Notes under the pieces: generated by a model
The model's database searches: none
The model's input: the letters and a program-made list of their open reading frames with translations, nothing else
What the model was told of the DNA's origin: nothing
Program-made: the position numbers and the translations under genes
In this document: positions 1 to 10,258 of the stretch, one piece after another
Position numbering within the stretch: position 1 is the stretch's first letter
Layout of the letters: the number at the start of each line of letters is the position of its first letter
NCBI GenBank assembly: GCA_965214405.1
Contig: OZ243956.1
Location: forward strand, 4,000,001 to 4,064,000
Length of the DNA stretch: 64,000 nt
Direction: 5' to 3'
Source: Trueperaceae bacterium
GTDB taxonomy: Bacteria > Deinococcota > Deinococci > Deinococcales > Trueperaceae

Positions 1-142
1 TAGCCTTCTCGAGCGACGCCTCATTCATGTCGGTCATGAGCACCCTGGCACCCTCGGTCGCCAACGTCATCACGGTGTGTAGGCCGATACCCGAGTCCGC
101 CCCGGTCACGACTGCCAATCGTCCGTTAAATCCTAAATCCAT
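1..142 (-). CDS. SDR family oxidoreductase, N-terminus only (runs off window)
   Basis: Minus strand reads MDLGFNGRLAVVTGADSGIGLHTV, containing the TGxxxGIG Rossmann motif. TAAAAT lies 6 nt before the ATG. Confidence 0.85.
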   Translation of the reverse strand, partial: MDLGFNGRLAVVTGADSGIGLHTVMTLATEGARVLMTDMNEASLEKA

Positions 143-303
143 GTGAAAATTTTACGTAGCTTGCGGCTCGAGCATTCGGTGCTACGCTATGGTTTGAGTT
201 GTGGTTTATGCCGTGATGAGCGCGCCTCGAGCCGAGTTTTACAGTTCCTTATCAAGCGGCCCGTAGAAGGTGGGGCTACCGTGCGAACGGGGGCTGGGCG
301 GAT

Positions 304-1968
304 ATGATGGGGAGGTCGCTCACCCAGAGCGGCGGGAGGGAGCGACGATTCGCACCTTTTATGTGTATCATGTGTAACGACAGAAATGACAAAAATCTTG
401 ATGACAGGGGCTATCCCAACCGCGGAACTGGAGCTGTGAAAGGGCGTAGTCGTGGGTTTTACCGTGGCGTCAACTTTTTGGGTCTACTGGCGCTCCTTCA
501 GCTCCTCCTTTTAGCGGGGGCGCAGGTTTCGCCCCTGCCGGTTGAGGAGGCTGCTCCTGGTGACGTCACCTTTGCGAGGGCGCTGGCGCTGGCGCTGGAG
601 AGTCCGGCGGTGGCGCTTGCTGAAACGAATTTGGACTTTGCGCGGCGTCAGCTCGAGGTGGTGGCCTCACCTTTGGCGGCGGAGCTTTCGGGCGGCTATA
701 CGCGGACGCGGGGGGCGCTCGAGTCGCCCGTTTTTCCCGAGGCGGAGAGCTTGAGCGAGTCGGGTTTGGACCCGCTGGCGCTCACCGCGACGTTAAATGT
801 GGTGCCTTTCGGGCCGCGCTATGACAACGCGCAGCGGGCGCGCTGGAGCGTCTTGCAGGCCGAGAGCGCGGCGCGTGACGCGCGGGCCGACGCGCTTTTA
901 GACGCGTCCGGGCGTTACCTCGCGGCGCTCCGCGCGGGGCAGACGGTGGCGCTGCGCCGCGCGGAGGCCGACCAGGCCGCCGAGAGCCTGACGGCCACGC
1001 GCACCCGGCGTGAGGCGGGCGCGGCGAATGACCTCGAGGTCGCGCAGGCAGAAGTCGCCCTGAGTCAGGCGCAGAGCGACCTGGCGGAGGCGCAGCGGAG
1101 CGAGGTTCAGGCGCTGTCCGCGTTGTCGCTGACCCTGGGCGTGCCGGTGGCGGCGGTTGCGGGCGAGCCGGGCGCGAATCGTACGGTCGGTGATGTGGTG
1201 GCCGGTGGGCAAGACGGCAGCGTACAAAACGCGAGCTCCGAGTCTCTTTTGCAGGGCGAGAACGTTCAGGACGCAGCCAGCACGGTCTCCACCGAAGAGA
1301 ACCCTTCCGCAGACGTTCTGGCGGCGCGTAGCGACGTGCAAAACGCGCAGCTAAACGTGCTCGAGCAAGAACTCACCGCGCAGGCCACGCTGCGCGACAA
1401 TCTGCCGAACGGGTCGCTGAGTTTGGGTTACACCCGCAACGTCAACACGCGGGCGCTCCAGGTGGGCGCGGCTTACAGCACGAGCGGCCCCAACGGGTAT
1501 CAGCCCGCGCTGTCGTTTTCTTATGATCCCAACGCCCAAAGTTTGCTGGCTGAGGCCGAGTCCAGGGCCAACAACGTGAGCGTCAATTTGAGTGTAAGCG
1601 TCCCGCTCGACGTGCGACTTTCGGCGGCGCTCAGGGCGGCGCGGCTGAACGTGGACGCGAGCCGGATGCAAGCCGAGCGCGTGGTGGAACTCGCCCGGCT
1701 CGAGGTCACGGGCGCACAAGACAGCGTCGCGGCGGCGAGCGCGAGTTTAGAGGTGGCCCAGAACCTGCTCGAGCAGAGCCGCGCGGCCTTGGAGGCGACC
1801 CAGAGCCGTTTCGACTTGGGCCTCATCTCCCCCTTAGAGCTTTCGCAGGCCAGAATAGACGCGGCGGAAGCGGAACTCACCTACGCGCGCGCCGAAGACG
1901 CGCTCCTTAGCGCGCGGCTCGAGCTCGCCCGCGCGCTCGCGCTGGACCCCCTGGAGGTATTTCGATGA
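304..1968 (+). CDS. TolC/outer membrane efflux family protein (true start possibly GTG 436)
   Basis: Signal-like segment followed by two helical OEP-like repeats (RREAGAANDLEVAQAE; RFDLGLISPLELSQA). First gene of the efflux operon. Confidence 0.8.
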   Translation: MMGRSLTQSGGRERRFAPFMCIMCNDRNDKNLDDRGYPNRGTGAVKGRSRGFYRGVNFLGLLALLQLLLLAGAQVSPLPVEEAAPGDVTFARALALALESPAVALAETNLDFARRQLEVVASPLAAELSGGYTRTRGALESPVFPEAESLSESGLDPLALTATLNVVPFGPRYDNAQRARWSVLQAESAARDARADALLDASGRYLAALRAGQTVALRRAEADQAAESLTATRTRREAGAANDLEVAQAEVALSQAQSDLAEAQRSEVQALSALSLTLGVPVAAVAGEPGANRTVGDVVAGGQDGSVQNASSESLLQGENVQDAASTVSTEENPSADVLAARSDVQNAQLNVLEQELTAQATLRDNLPNGSLSLGYTRNVNTRALQVGAAYSTSGPNGYQPALSFSYDPNAQSLLAEAESRANNVSVNLSVSVPLDVRLSAALRAARLNVDASRMQAERVVELARLEVTGAQDSVAAASASLEVAQNLLEQSRAALEATQSRFDLGLISPLELSQARIDAAEAELTYARAEDALLSARLELARALALDPLEVFR

Positions 1969-3221
1969 GCAAGTGGTTGGTTTTCACGTTTAATTCGCCT
2001 CGTTCAGCGTGTTGTGAAGCAGATTTGCTGGATACGGGGAAGAAGCTCGAGGATAACAAACACGAAGCGCGGCGCGTCCGTAGAGGCGTCCAAAATGGGC
2101 TGAGGTGCGGCGCGGTCACGCTTTTGCTCGCGTCGGTTACGCTTACGCCTCTCGCGGCTGCTCAGAGTGGCGGGGCGCAAGACGGGGTCACGGGTGGTGC
2201 CGTCACAGGGGGTGCCGTTACAGAGGAGGCGACGGGCGGGGCCACAGAGGGTGAGGTTTCGCTGACGCTCGCCGAGGCGGTGGACGCTGCCTTGGCCGCG
2301 GACGCCGAGGTGGTGTCCGCCCAGGCCGACCTCGCCGCCGCCGAGCGCGACCAGGCGCGCACCGAGGCCGACCCGTTAAGCTTGCGGCTGCCGCGGGTGA
2401 GGGCGGCGCAAGGCGTCGTGAGCGCGCAAGACGCGCTCGAGGCCGCCCGCTTATCCGCCCAAAGCTCCGTCGCCGACGCGTATTACACGGCGTTGGAGGC
2501 CGACGACACGCTGGCGCTCGCCAGGCAGCAGCAAGACATCGCCGAGACGACCTTGCAGGCGCAGAGGATCCGCTTAGAGGCCGGGGCCGCCACGCAACTC
2601 GACGTGGACCGCGCGCAAAACGACCTCGCTAGCGCGCAGCGGAATGTGGCGGACGCGCAGGAGGCCAGAAACTTGGCCTACAACGACCTCGCCAGCCAGA
2701 TCGGGGGGAGCGCCGAGGGGCTCACCTTGCAAGAGGACGAGACGACGGCGGAGGTGCCCGCGCTCGACGCCGTGCTCGCCCGCTTGGATGACAACGCGCA
2801 ACTCCGCGCCGCCGAGCAGGGGGTCGAGCTGGCCCAGGTGAGCCTCGAGGCCGTCGACAACGCCTTTAGCCCGAGGGCCGACATTGAGGCCGCGCAGGAC
2901 ACGCTCAACAGCGCGCAAACGCAGCTCCAGGAGGTGCGGCGCAGCCTCGAGCTGGCCGTGCGCGGGAGCTACAACGCGGTCGTGGCCGCGCAGGGGCGTT
3001 TAGAGAGCGCTCTGGCCAACCTCGCCACCTCCGAAGAAACGTTGAGCGCCCAACAGGTGCGCTTCGACGCGGGCAGCATCTCCCGTCTGGACTTTGAGAA
3101 CGCCCAGCTCGAGCGCGCCAACACCGTCGCCGCCGCCGCCGCCGCCCGGCACAGCCTCGCCGAGGCGCTGTTGCAGCTCGAGAGCACCGTGCAAGGAAGC
3201 GCGCAAGGCGGCGGGCCGTGA
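1965..3221 (+). CDS. Second TolC family protein
   Basis: OEP-like repeats (RLEAGAATQLDVDRA; RFDAGSISRLDFENA). ATGA overlap with the previous gene. Confidence 0.8.
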   Translation: MSKWLVFTFNSPRSACCEADLLDTGKKLEDNKHEARRVRRGVQNGLRCGAVTLLLASVTLTPLAAAQSGGAQDGVTGGAVTGGAVTEEATGGATEGEVSLTLAEAVDAALAADAEVVSAQADLAAAERDQARTEADPLSLRLPRVRAAQGVVSAQDALEAARLSAQSSVADAYYTALEADDTLALARQQQDIAETTLQAQRIRLEAGAATQLDVDRAQNDLASAQRNVADAQEARNLAYNDLASQIGGSAEGLTLQEDETTAEVPALDAVLARLDDNAQLRAAEQGVELAQVSLEAVDNAFSPRADIEAAQDTLNSAQTQLQEVRRSLELAVRGSYNAVVAAQGRLESALANLATSEETLSAQQVRFDAGSISRLDFENAQLERANTVAAAAAARHSLAEALLQLESTVQGSAQGGGP

Positions 3222-3289
3222 GAACGAGGCGTGGATGAAGGCGCAAATGAGACTGAAAAAGGTGAAGAACGCTCGAGTGAGGGTGCAGG

Positions 3290-4675
3290 ATGAAAGACCG
3301 TAGGGGCGCCGCCCGGCGCTGGCTGCTTATCATCGTGGCGGTCGTGGTGGTCGCCGGGGTTGCGTTCGTCTTTTTGCGCCGCAGCAGCGCTCCGCAGGGC
3401 GCGCGCACCGCGGTCGAGCGGGTGACGGCGGGGGAGTTTACCCGCGACGTGTCGGGCACGGGCGTGGTCGAGGCGGCGCAGGAGCGCACGCTGACGTTTG
3501 GCATGAGCGGGACCGTCGCCGAGATTCCGGTTCAGGAGGGCGCGCGCGTGGCGGCGGGGGCGGTGTTGGCAAGCCTGGACACCGCCGCCTTAGAGCGCGA
3601 TTTGGCTTCCAATCAGGCGAGCTTGGCCTCGGCGCAGGCCGACGCGCGGCGCTTGGCGGCGCAGCAGAGGGTGGATGAGCTCGACACCGCGAGCGGCGTT
3701 GACACCGCCAGGAGCAGCTTAGAAAACGCTCGAGAAGCCCTCCGCGAGGCCCAGACCTCGCTCTCGACCACCCAGCGGCTTTTTGACGCGGGCGCGACCT
3801 CGCAGAGTGACCTCACCGCCGCCCAGGACGCCGCCGCGCAGGCGCAGCGGGCGGTGAGCCAGGCGGAGGCCGCGCTGCAAACCGCGGAGAGCCGCAACGC
3901 CTCGTTCGCGCAACTCTCAGACGCGCAGACGAGTTCTTCGGAGGCGACGATTGCAGGCTTAGAAACCACCATCGCCAACTTACAGGAGAATTTGGGCGAG
4001 GCGACCTTAACCGCGCCTTTCGCGGGCGTGGTGAGCAGCGTCGGCTTTGACGTGGGCGACCAGGTAAGCGCGGCGGGTGGCGCGGCAGTTACGCTGGTGG
4101 ACACCTCGAGCCTGAGCGTCAAAGCCGACTTCGACGAGAACCGGGCTTTAGAACTCGCCGCAGGCCAGAGCGCCTCAATTGTCCCCGACGCCGACACCAA
4201 CCGCTCCTTTGAGGCGGTCGTGCGCCGCGTGAGCCCCGTCGCCAACCGCGACGGCAGCGCCGCGCAGGTCGAGGCCGAGTTGGACTTTACCGGCGGCGCG
4301 CAAGGAGCCGTGGACGCGGGCCTCATTAAACCCGGCTACACCGTGACCGCGCGCGTGACCGTCAACGATATCGAAAACACGCTGCTCGTGCCGCTCGAGG
4401 CCGTCAGCGAAGAGGACAACACGAACTGGGTCTACAAAGTGACCCAGAGCGCCCCCGGTGAAGGCGTTGCTGAGCGCGTGACCTTAGACGTTTTGGACCG
4501 CAACGCCACCCTCGCCGCGGCGCAGAGCGACGACTTAAACGCGGGCGACCTCATCGCGGTCATCAACTTGGACACGCTCGAGGACGGCGGCCCCGTCCAG
4601 TACGACCCCCTGACCGACGACGCGGGCGCGACGGCAGACGGGACGAGCGGGGGAAACGCGGAGGCCACGCAATGA
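3290..4675 (+). CDS. Efflux periplasmic adaptor (MacA/HlyD-type membrane fusion protein)
   Basis: N-terminal TM, lipoyl half-motifs (GTVAEIPVQEGARV; LTAPFAGVVSSV) and a coiled-coil hairpin. Confidence 0.9.
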   Translation: MKDRRGAARRWLLIIVAVVVVAGVAFVFLRRSSAPQGARTAVERVTAGEFTRDVSGTGVVEAAQERTLTFGMSGTVAEIPVQEGARVAAGAVLASLDTAALERDLASNQASLASAQADARRLAAQQRVDELDTASGVDTARSSLENAREALREAQTSLSTTQRLFDAGATSQSDLTAAQDAAAQAQRAVSQAEAALQTAESRNASFAQLSDAQTSSSEATIAGLETTIANLQENLGEATLTAPFAGVVSSVGFDVGDQVSAAGGAAVTLVDTSSLSVKADFDENRALELAAGQSASIVPDADTNRSFEAVVRRVSPVANRDGSAAQVEAELDFTGGAQGAVDAGLIKPGYTVTARVTVNDIENTLLVPLEAVSEEDNTNWVYKVTQSAPGEGVAERVTLDVLDRNATLAAAQSDDLNAGDLIAVINLDTLEDGGPVQYDPLTDDAGATADGTSGGNAEATQ

Positions 4676-5508
4676 GCCGCGCCACGACCCGACCTAAAGC
4701 CCCTGTAACGGAAGGCAGAGCAAATTCCTCTGAAAGCGCAACAGCGCCGAGTCAGGACCAACCGGACAAAAACCAAACGGATAAAAGTACCGTCATCTCG
4801 GCGCAAGAACTCCGTAAAATCTACCGCTTAGAGGGCGGATTGGAAGTTCACGCGCTGCGCGGGTTGGACCTGCAAATCGGGCGCGGCGAATACGTCGCCA
4901 TCATGGGACCTTCCGGCTCGGGTAAATCGACGCTGCTGCAAATTTTGGGTTGTCTGGACACCCCGACAAGCGGCTCCTACAAACTCGCGGGTGAAGAGGT
5001 CTCGGGGCTTTCTGAAGACGAACTCTCGACCATCCGCAACCGCCGCATCGGCTTTATCTTTCAGGCTTACAACCTTCTTTCCAGGGCCGACGCGCTGCAC
5101 AACGTGGCGTTGCCGCTGATGTACCGCGGCACCCCGCCGCGCGAGCGCACCGCGCTTGCTAAAGAGGCGCTTGCTCGAGTGGGACTCTCCAACCGTTTAG
5201 ACCACCGCCCCAACCAGCTCTCGGGCGGTCAAAAGCAGCGCGTCGCCATCGCCCGCGCGCTCGCCACCGACCCCGACATCCTGTTGGCCGACGAACCGAC
5301 CGGCAACCTAGACAGCCGCACCGGCGAAGAAATCCTCGGGCTATTCGCCGAGCTCCACGAAGAAGGCCGCACCGTCGTCATGGTCACGCACGAGCAAGAC
5401 GTGGCCGAACACTGCCAAAAAATCGTGCGCGTCCTAGACGGCCAGGTCGAGCGCGTTGAGACGGTACAAGAGCGCCGCCACGCGGTGTTCACGGGAGACA
5501 TCCCGTAA
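4672..5508 (+). CDS. ABC transporter ATP-binding protein (MacB/LolD-like)
   Basis: [34 protein letters not shown] and VTHE motifs. Confidence 0.95.
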   Translation: MSRATTRPKAPVTEGRANSSESATAPSQDQPDKNQTDKSTVISAQELRKIYRLEGGLEVHALRGLDLQIGRGEYVAIMGPSGSGKSTLLQILGCLDTPTSGSYKLAGEEVSGLSEDELSTIRNRRIGFIFQAYNLLSRADALHNVALPLMYRGTPPRERTALAKEALARVGLSNRLDHRPNQLSGGQKQRVAIARALATDPDILLADEPTGNLDSRTGEEILGLFAELHEEGRTVVMVTHEQDVAEHCQKIVRVLDGQVERVETVQERRHAVFTGDIP

Positions 5509-5623
5509 ACGTTCAGGCGAGAAGAGGAAGTGTAGAAGGTATCTCTGTATTCTCCTCCAGCACGTTTTGGGTAGCTCCTCAGTGATTTTTGTAAAAGGAC
5601 TCCAACTATTTTAGAGGTGTCTT

Positions 5624-6820
5624 ATGCTTCTTCAAAATATCCGCACCGCCTTTGAAGCGCTCGTCGGCAACCGCCTGCGCTCCGTTCTGACGCTCTTAGG
5701 CGTCGTCATCGGGGTGTTCGCCGTGGTCACGACCATCAGCATGGGGGCGATTGCCACCGCGGGCATTACCGACCAGTTGCAGAGCTTCGGGTCGCAGTCG
5801 CTTTTTGTGATTATCGACCAGGACAACCCGCAGGCGGAGCCCTTTACCGACGACGATATCGAGGCGCTGTCGCGGCTGCCCATCGACATTTTGCAGCAGC
5901 AGTCGGTGCGCGGCACGGCGCGCTTTGGCGAGGAAGAAACGATCTTTACCGTGAACGGCACCACCGCCAACGCGGTCGAGGTGGACCGCTCTTTAGAACT
6001 CGACGAAGGGCGCTATTTTAGCGTGGGCGACGCGCGGCGGGCCTCACCCGTCATCGTGCTCTCCGCCGACGCCGCGGAGGGACTTTTTGACGATAACGAG
6101 GACCCCATCGGCAAAGAAGTCAGCGTGACGGTGGGCGGCTCGAGAAGCTTCTACACCGTTATTGGGGTAAAAGAACGCATCAGCGGCGCGCTGGGCGCGT
6201 TTGCGAACGACTCGAGCGGCGACACGCCCTTAGAAACGTTTTATCTTAACTATCCTTCGGTGCCCAGGGGCGAGTACGAGTTTTTCCCCATCACCATTTC
6301 GTTGGACCGCAACGTCCAGGACATCGAGGGCCAGGTGCGCGCGATTCTCGACCGTCGCCGCGGGGCGGACACCTACACGGTTCAGACCATCGAGGGCGCG
6401 CTAAGTCTTTTCAACACCATCACCGTAATTTTGCAGGTGGTGCTGGGCGGCATCGGCGCGATTAGCTTGCTCGTCGGCGGCATCGGCATCCTCAACATCA
6501 TGCTCGTGTCGGTTACCGAGCGCACCCGCGAAATCGGTTTGCGCAAGGCGTTAGGCGCAAAAAAAGGCACCATTTTGCAACAGTTTCTTATCGAGGCGGT
6601 GGTGCTGACGGTGGTGGGCGGGCTCATCGGGCTGGCGCTGGCGATCGGCAGCCTCTACCTCATCGTGGCGCTCGTGCCCTTTGTCGACACGGTGGTCTTG
6701 AACCCCATAACGATTTTGTTGGCGTTTTTCGTGAGCGTGGCGACGGGGGTGATTTTCGGGGTGTGGCCCGCGAGCCGCGCGGCCAATTTGAGCCCGATTG
6801 AGGCGTTGCGGTATGAGTAG
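5624..6820 (+). CDS. ABC transporter permease (MacB/FtsX family)
   Basis: RSVLTLLGVVIG and VGGIGILNIMLVSVTERTREIGLRKALGA; ends PIEALRYE. Confidence 0.95.
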   Translation: MLLQNIRTAFEALVGNRLRSVLTLLGVVIGVFAVVTTISMGAIATAGITDQLQSFGSQSLFVIIDQDNPQAEPFTDDDIEALSRLPIDILQQQSVRGTARFGEEETIFTVNGTTANAVEVDRSLELDEGRYFSVGDARRASPVIVLSADAAEGLFDDNEDPIGKEVSVTVGGSRSFYTVIGVKERISGALGAFANDSSGDTPLETFYLNYPSVPRGEYEFFPITISLDRNVQDIEGQVRAILDRRRGADTYTVQTIEGALSLFNTITVILQVVLGGIGAISLLVGGIGILNIMLVSVTERTREIGLRKALGAKKGTILQQFLIEAVVLTVVGGLIGLALAIGSLYLIVALVPFVDTVVLNPITILLAFFVSVATGVIFGVWPASRAANLSPIEALRYE

Positions 6821-6861
6821 GGCGGGAGTGCAACGACGTTTGGGCATGTTAAACTGCTCCT

Positions 6862-7080
6862 ATGCGGACGGTTAAAGCCACGATTGATGAACAAGGCAGG
6901 GTGGAACTGCTTGAGCCCATTACGTTGAGCGATAAACGCCAAGCCTTGGTGACGATTCTCGAGGACGAACCCACGCAAGCAGAGCGACCTTTCGGGCTTT
7001 GTAAGGGTGAATTTAGCGTGCCAGATGATTTTGATGCGCCTCTGCCCGACGCTGTTTTAGACAGTTTTGAGCGTGCGTGA
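6862..7080 (+). CDS. Antitoxin of a VapBC-type pair
   Basis: 72 aa with the C-terminal RPFGLCKGEFSVPDDFDAPLP motif typical of VapB partners. GTGA overlap with the PIN gene. Confidence 0.8.
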   Translation: MRTVKATIDEQGRVELLEPITLSDKRQALVTILEDEPTQAERPFGLCKGEFSVPDDFDAPLPDAVLDSFERA

Positions 7081-7466
7081 AAATCCTTTTGGACACGCAC
7101 GTTTTTCTGTGGTACATCAGCGGAGATGAGCGCCTGCCGACAACCATCTTGAACGCCGTGCGCGATCCTAACCATGAAGTGTACTTGAGCGTTGTTTCCA
7201 TCTGGGAATCAATCATCAAGTACCAGTTGGGCAAACTGCCCTTACCGTCCTCTCCAGAAGTTTATTTACCCTCACAACGCAGGCGACATCTCATCCATAG
7301 CTTGAGCGTCGATGAAATGAGCGTGACAGAGCTCATCAAGTTACCTCCCCATCACCGTGACCCTTTCGACCGTTTGTTAATCTGCCAAGCAATGAAGAAT
7401 GACATGATTTTGGCTACAGTTGACGATGTTTTACAGAGTTATCCAGTTAGAACGCTGCAAGCGTGA
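7077..7466 (+). CDS. vapC: VapC-type PIN domain toxin
   Basis: ILLDTHVFLW, SVVSIWE and HHRDPFDRLLICQA motifs. Confidence 0.9.
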   Translation: MKILLDTHVFLWYISGDERLPTTILNAVRDPNHEVYLSVVSIWESIIKYQLGKLPLPSSPEVYLPSQRRRHLIHSLSVDEMSVTELIKLPPHHRDPFDRLLICQAMKNDMILATVDDVLQSYPVRTLQA

Positions 7467-7517
7467 AGTCTGGCTTTGGGTAATTTTAGTGGAGGTGAGC
7501 TTTAGGTTAACAAAGAC

Positions 7518-8647
7518 CTCAGTACACGACAGATTTGAAATAAAGGGCTCTCCAGTGAAGAATGGATGTTGCGAGACACCACTTCAAGGGAGAGCATATG
7601 AAGCATACCGGGTTGCTGGCACAGTTGAAAGCGAGCGGCTTAAAGCTGCACCCGTCACGGCTTAAGTTCTTGAGCTTGTTGATGATCGCGATGGTGCAGG
7701 CAAAGACGGTGAACTTGGCGACGTTGGTAGGCATGATGGAGGGCAGAGCCCAGCCGGACTCGCTTTACAGACGGGCGCAACGGTTTTTCCAAGGCTTGCA
7801 CTTGGCCGATGAGACAGTTTTCAGGTACGCGCTGAGTCTAGGTCCCAAGCGAAGCTACAGCCTGTGCCTAGACCGGACGAACTGGAAGTTTGGCAAACTC
7901 GACATCAACATCTTGACCCTGGCTTATGCGCATGAGGGCGTAGCGGTTCCCTTACTGTGGTGTCTTTTGCCCAAGGCTGGCAACTCCGCCACGCAAGAAC
8001 GCATTACGCTTTTGGAGCGTTTGCTAAAACTTTTGCCCGTAGACCAGCTAGAGGTGCTGCTAGCCGATAGGGAGTTCATCGGGGGCGACTGGTTCGCTTA
8101 TCTTGAGCGTAAGCACATCCCTTTCGTTATCCGCGTGCGTAAAGACGCTCTCGGTGATGGCTGGTTTCATCTGTTCGGCTTTTTCCAGCATCTACCTGTG
8201 GGTGAGCACAAGGTACTTAAACAGCGCTACACTGTCTTTGGTGTTGAGCTTGGGGTTGCAGGCGCGCGTTTAGAGGGTGGAGAATACATCATCGTCGTCA
8301 CCAACCGCAATCCTAAGCAGGCCCTCGCAAGCTACGCGAAGCGCTGGCAGATAGAATGCTTGTTCAAAGCCTTGAAAAGCAGCGGCTTTGACTTTGAAGC
8401 TACGCATCTCAAGCACCTAGAGCGCATTAACACCTTACTTGTCGTTGTGACCCTGGCTTTCTTATGGGCCTTGAAAGTCGGAGCATTTGTTCACCGTCAG
8501 CTCAAACCTGTTCGAATGAAGTCGCACGGGCGCAAGCAGAAGTCTTTATTCCGGGCAGGCTTAGACCATCTCAGGCATCTGCTCACCAACTCGGCAACCA
8601 AAAAGCCTGACCTGGACCGCTGTTTTCGGCTTTTGTCGTGTACTTAG
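7518..8647 (+). mobile_element. Complete IS4-family insertion sequence (1130 bp)
   Basis: Left TIR CTCAGTACACGACAGA versus right TIR reverse complement CTAAGTACACGACAAA (14/16). 9-bp TSD AACAAAGAC at 7509-7517 and 8648-8656. Confidence 0.9.
7598..8647 (+). CDS. IS4-family DDE transposase
   Basis: LDRTNWK, LADREFIG and the YREK-type signature YAKRWQIECLFKALKS. Stop codon lies inside the right TIR; ATG 7598 follows GGGAG. Confidence 0.9.
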   Translation: MKHTGLLAQLKASGLKLHPSRLKFLSLLMIAMVQAKTVNLATLVGMMEGRAQPDSLYRRAQRFFQGLHLADETVFRYALSLGPKRSYSLCLDRTNWKFGKLDINILTLAYAHEGVAVPLLWCLLPKAGNSATQERITLLERLLKLLPVDQLEVLLADREFIGGDWFAYLERKHIPFVIRVRKDALGDGWFHLFGFFQHLPVGEHKVLKQRYTVFGVELGVAGARLEGGEYIIVVTNRNPKQALASYAKRWQIECLFKALKSSGFDFEATHLKHLERINTLLVVVTLAFLWALKVGAFVHRQLKPVRMKSHGRKQKSLFRAGLDHLRHLLTNSATKKPDLDRCFRLLSCT

Positions 8648-8680
8648 AACAAAGACAATATAACCTCGTTCATAAGTCAT
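8648..8680 (-). pseudogene. Possible MazF/PemK toxin N-terminal remnant interrupted by the IS4 element
   Basis: ATGA overlap with the upstream small gene. Reads MTYERGYIVFV up to the TSD and continues NLKLTS... from 7508 once the IS is removed. Confidence 0.4.
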
Positions 8681-8895
8681 ATGCTGTTAAAAGCTGCTAG
8701 CCACGCACCTAAATCTGACCGGGGAAGGTCTTGCTCTTCATTAAGTTGGGTTTGCAAATCGTCAACGCTGCGGCTGAGCAAGACTGCTTCATCATCCACA
8801 AAAACTTGCCCCCACGCGTCGCTCCACACCTCTAGGTCGAGGACGATGTGCGTCTTTTTCCCCTCGTCATTGACCAGATAACTTACGCCTTTCAT
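8677..8895 (-). CDS. Small antitoxin-like protein
   Basis: 72 aa, MKGVSYLVNDEGKKTHIVLDL with an acidic tail. TGCTACACT lies 6 nt before the ATG. Confidence 0.6.
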   Translation of the reverse strand: MKGVSYLVNDEGKKTHIVLDLEVWSDAWGQVFVDDEAVLLSRSVDDLQTQLNEEQDLPRSDLGAWLAAFNSI

Positions 8896-8985
8896 GGCTT
8901 TAGTGTAGCAGGTGCGTCCAGTATAGCGGGTATGTTTAGTGATGTATTTGGGGTCGAGCCTCCAACGTTTCTCTGGCTCGGTTAG

Positions 8986-9354
8986 TTAACCTGAGACTTC
9001 ACGCACGTTTGTTCCAAGGGCGTCACTAATTTCTACCAATCTATCGCCAGCCGAAAGAGCGTTTATCGCATCCTCGAGTGTCTTGCTTAACACCTTACGC
9101 AGGTAGGTGTTCGAGGTGTTGCCGCAGGTTATCCAAATGAGCTTGGGCGGCGCGCCGAGGTGAGCTTGTAAACGGACAAAGTCTTCATCTTTGGTCACGA
9201 TGACGGCGTTTGCCCCACGGGCGGCGTAGAAAATCTCTTCGTCCTCGGCTTCATCTAGGTTTAGATACTCGAGCGAGTACGCCTCTATCTTGAACTGCGC
9301 CTTTATCCAAGGGGCAAGGTGAGGGGAAAGCTGCGCGTCCAGCCAGAGCGTCAA
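8986..9354 (-). CDS. DUF5615 PIN-like toxin
   Basis: LWLDAQLSP, DEEIF, IVTKDEDF and GNTS motifs. Overlaps the DUF433 gene. Confidence 0.85.
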   Translation of the reverse strand: MTLWLDAQLSPHLAPWIKAQFKIEAYSLEYLNLDEAEDEEIFYAARGANAVIVTKDEDFVRLQAHLGAPPKLIWITCGNTSNTYLRKVLSKTLEDAINALSAGDRLVEISDALGTNVREVSG

Positions 9355-9581
9355 GCGGCGAGCACGACGTGGTCGACTTGGTCCCTGGCGTACTTTAGCG
9401 CGGCCAAGACGTCCTCGCGCTCGAGCTTGGGGAACTCTCCCAAAACGTCATCAACACTGAGACCATTGGCGAGCAGGTCCAAAATGTCAATCACGCGAAT
9501 GCGCATCCCGCGAATACAGGGTCTGCCGCCGCACTGCTTGGGATTGACGGTAATGCGGTCGGTTATATAGGTGGCGTTCAT
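9351..9581 (-). CDS. DUF433 family antitoxin
   Basis: RITVNPKQCGGRPCIRGMRIRV...EDVLAALKYA. TATACT lies 6 nt before ATG 9581. Confidence 0.9.
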   Translation of the reverse strand: MNATYITDRITVNPKQCGGRPCIRGMRIRVIDILDLLANGLSVDDVLGEFPKLEREDVLAALKYARDQVDHVVLAA

Positions 9582-9700
9582 AAAGAAAGTATAGATGAAA
9601 TACGGCAAAGGCGTAGAAGGGAGTTTGGTGGACAAATGCTCATTAGGTCAAAAATGTCCCGACTCACCCCCTTATGCTAGACTGAAAAAGGAGGTAAAAA

Positions 9701-10195
9701 ATGACGAAGCAGCTACGCTGTGTGCTCCTCGCGCTCCTCCTGTTGCCTCTTGCTTACGCGCAGCAGAGCGGCGGGACGGGAGGCGCTCCGGAAGACGCGG
9801 GGAGCGCGGAAGGCCTCATCGTCGTGAGGAGCGCGCACCCCTTTGACGAGACTCGGTCGCGGCTCGAGGCTGCGCTAAGGGAAAACGACCTCACCATCAT
9901 CGACAGAATCGACCACAGCAGGAATGCCTCACAGGCGGGGCTCGGGCTTTTGCCCACGCTGCTCATCGTGTTCGGCAACCCCGCGGCGGGCACGCCGCTC
10001 ATGCAAGCCGAGCGCACGGTCGCCATCGATTTGCCCCAAAAGATGCTCGTTTATCAAGACAACGACGGCGTGTTTGTCGCTTACAACGACCCCCTGTACC
10101 TGGCTGAACGCCACCACCTCACGGGCGTCAACACCATTTTGGAGAACGTCGCGGCTACGCTCCAAAAAGTTGCCACCGCCGCCACCGCGCCCTAG
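9701..10195 (+). CDS. Exported DUF302 family protein
   Basis: Signal peptide, IDHSRNA, FGNPAAGTPLMQ and IDLPQKMLV. RBS AAGGAGG. Confidence 0.85.
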   Translation: MTKQLRCVLLALLLLPLAYAQQSGGTGGAPEDAGSAEGLIVVRSAHPFDETRSRLEAALRENDLTIIDRIDHSRNASQAGLGLLPTLLIVFGNPAAGTPLMQAERTVAIDLPQKMLVYQDNDGVFVAYNDPLYLAERHHLTGVNTILENVAATLQKVATAATAP

Positions 10196-10258
10196 ACCGC
10201 CACATTTAAGCCGGGTTTTTACCGTTTCTCCCGCTCCACCCTGGTACAGTAAGGCACA

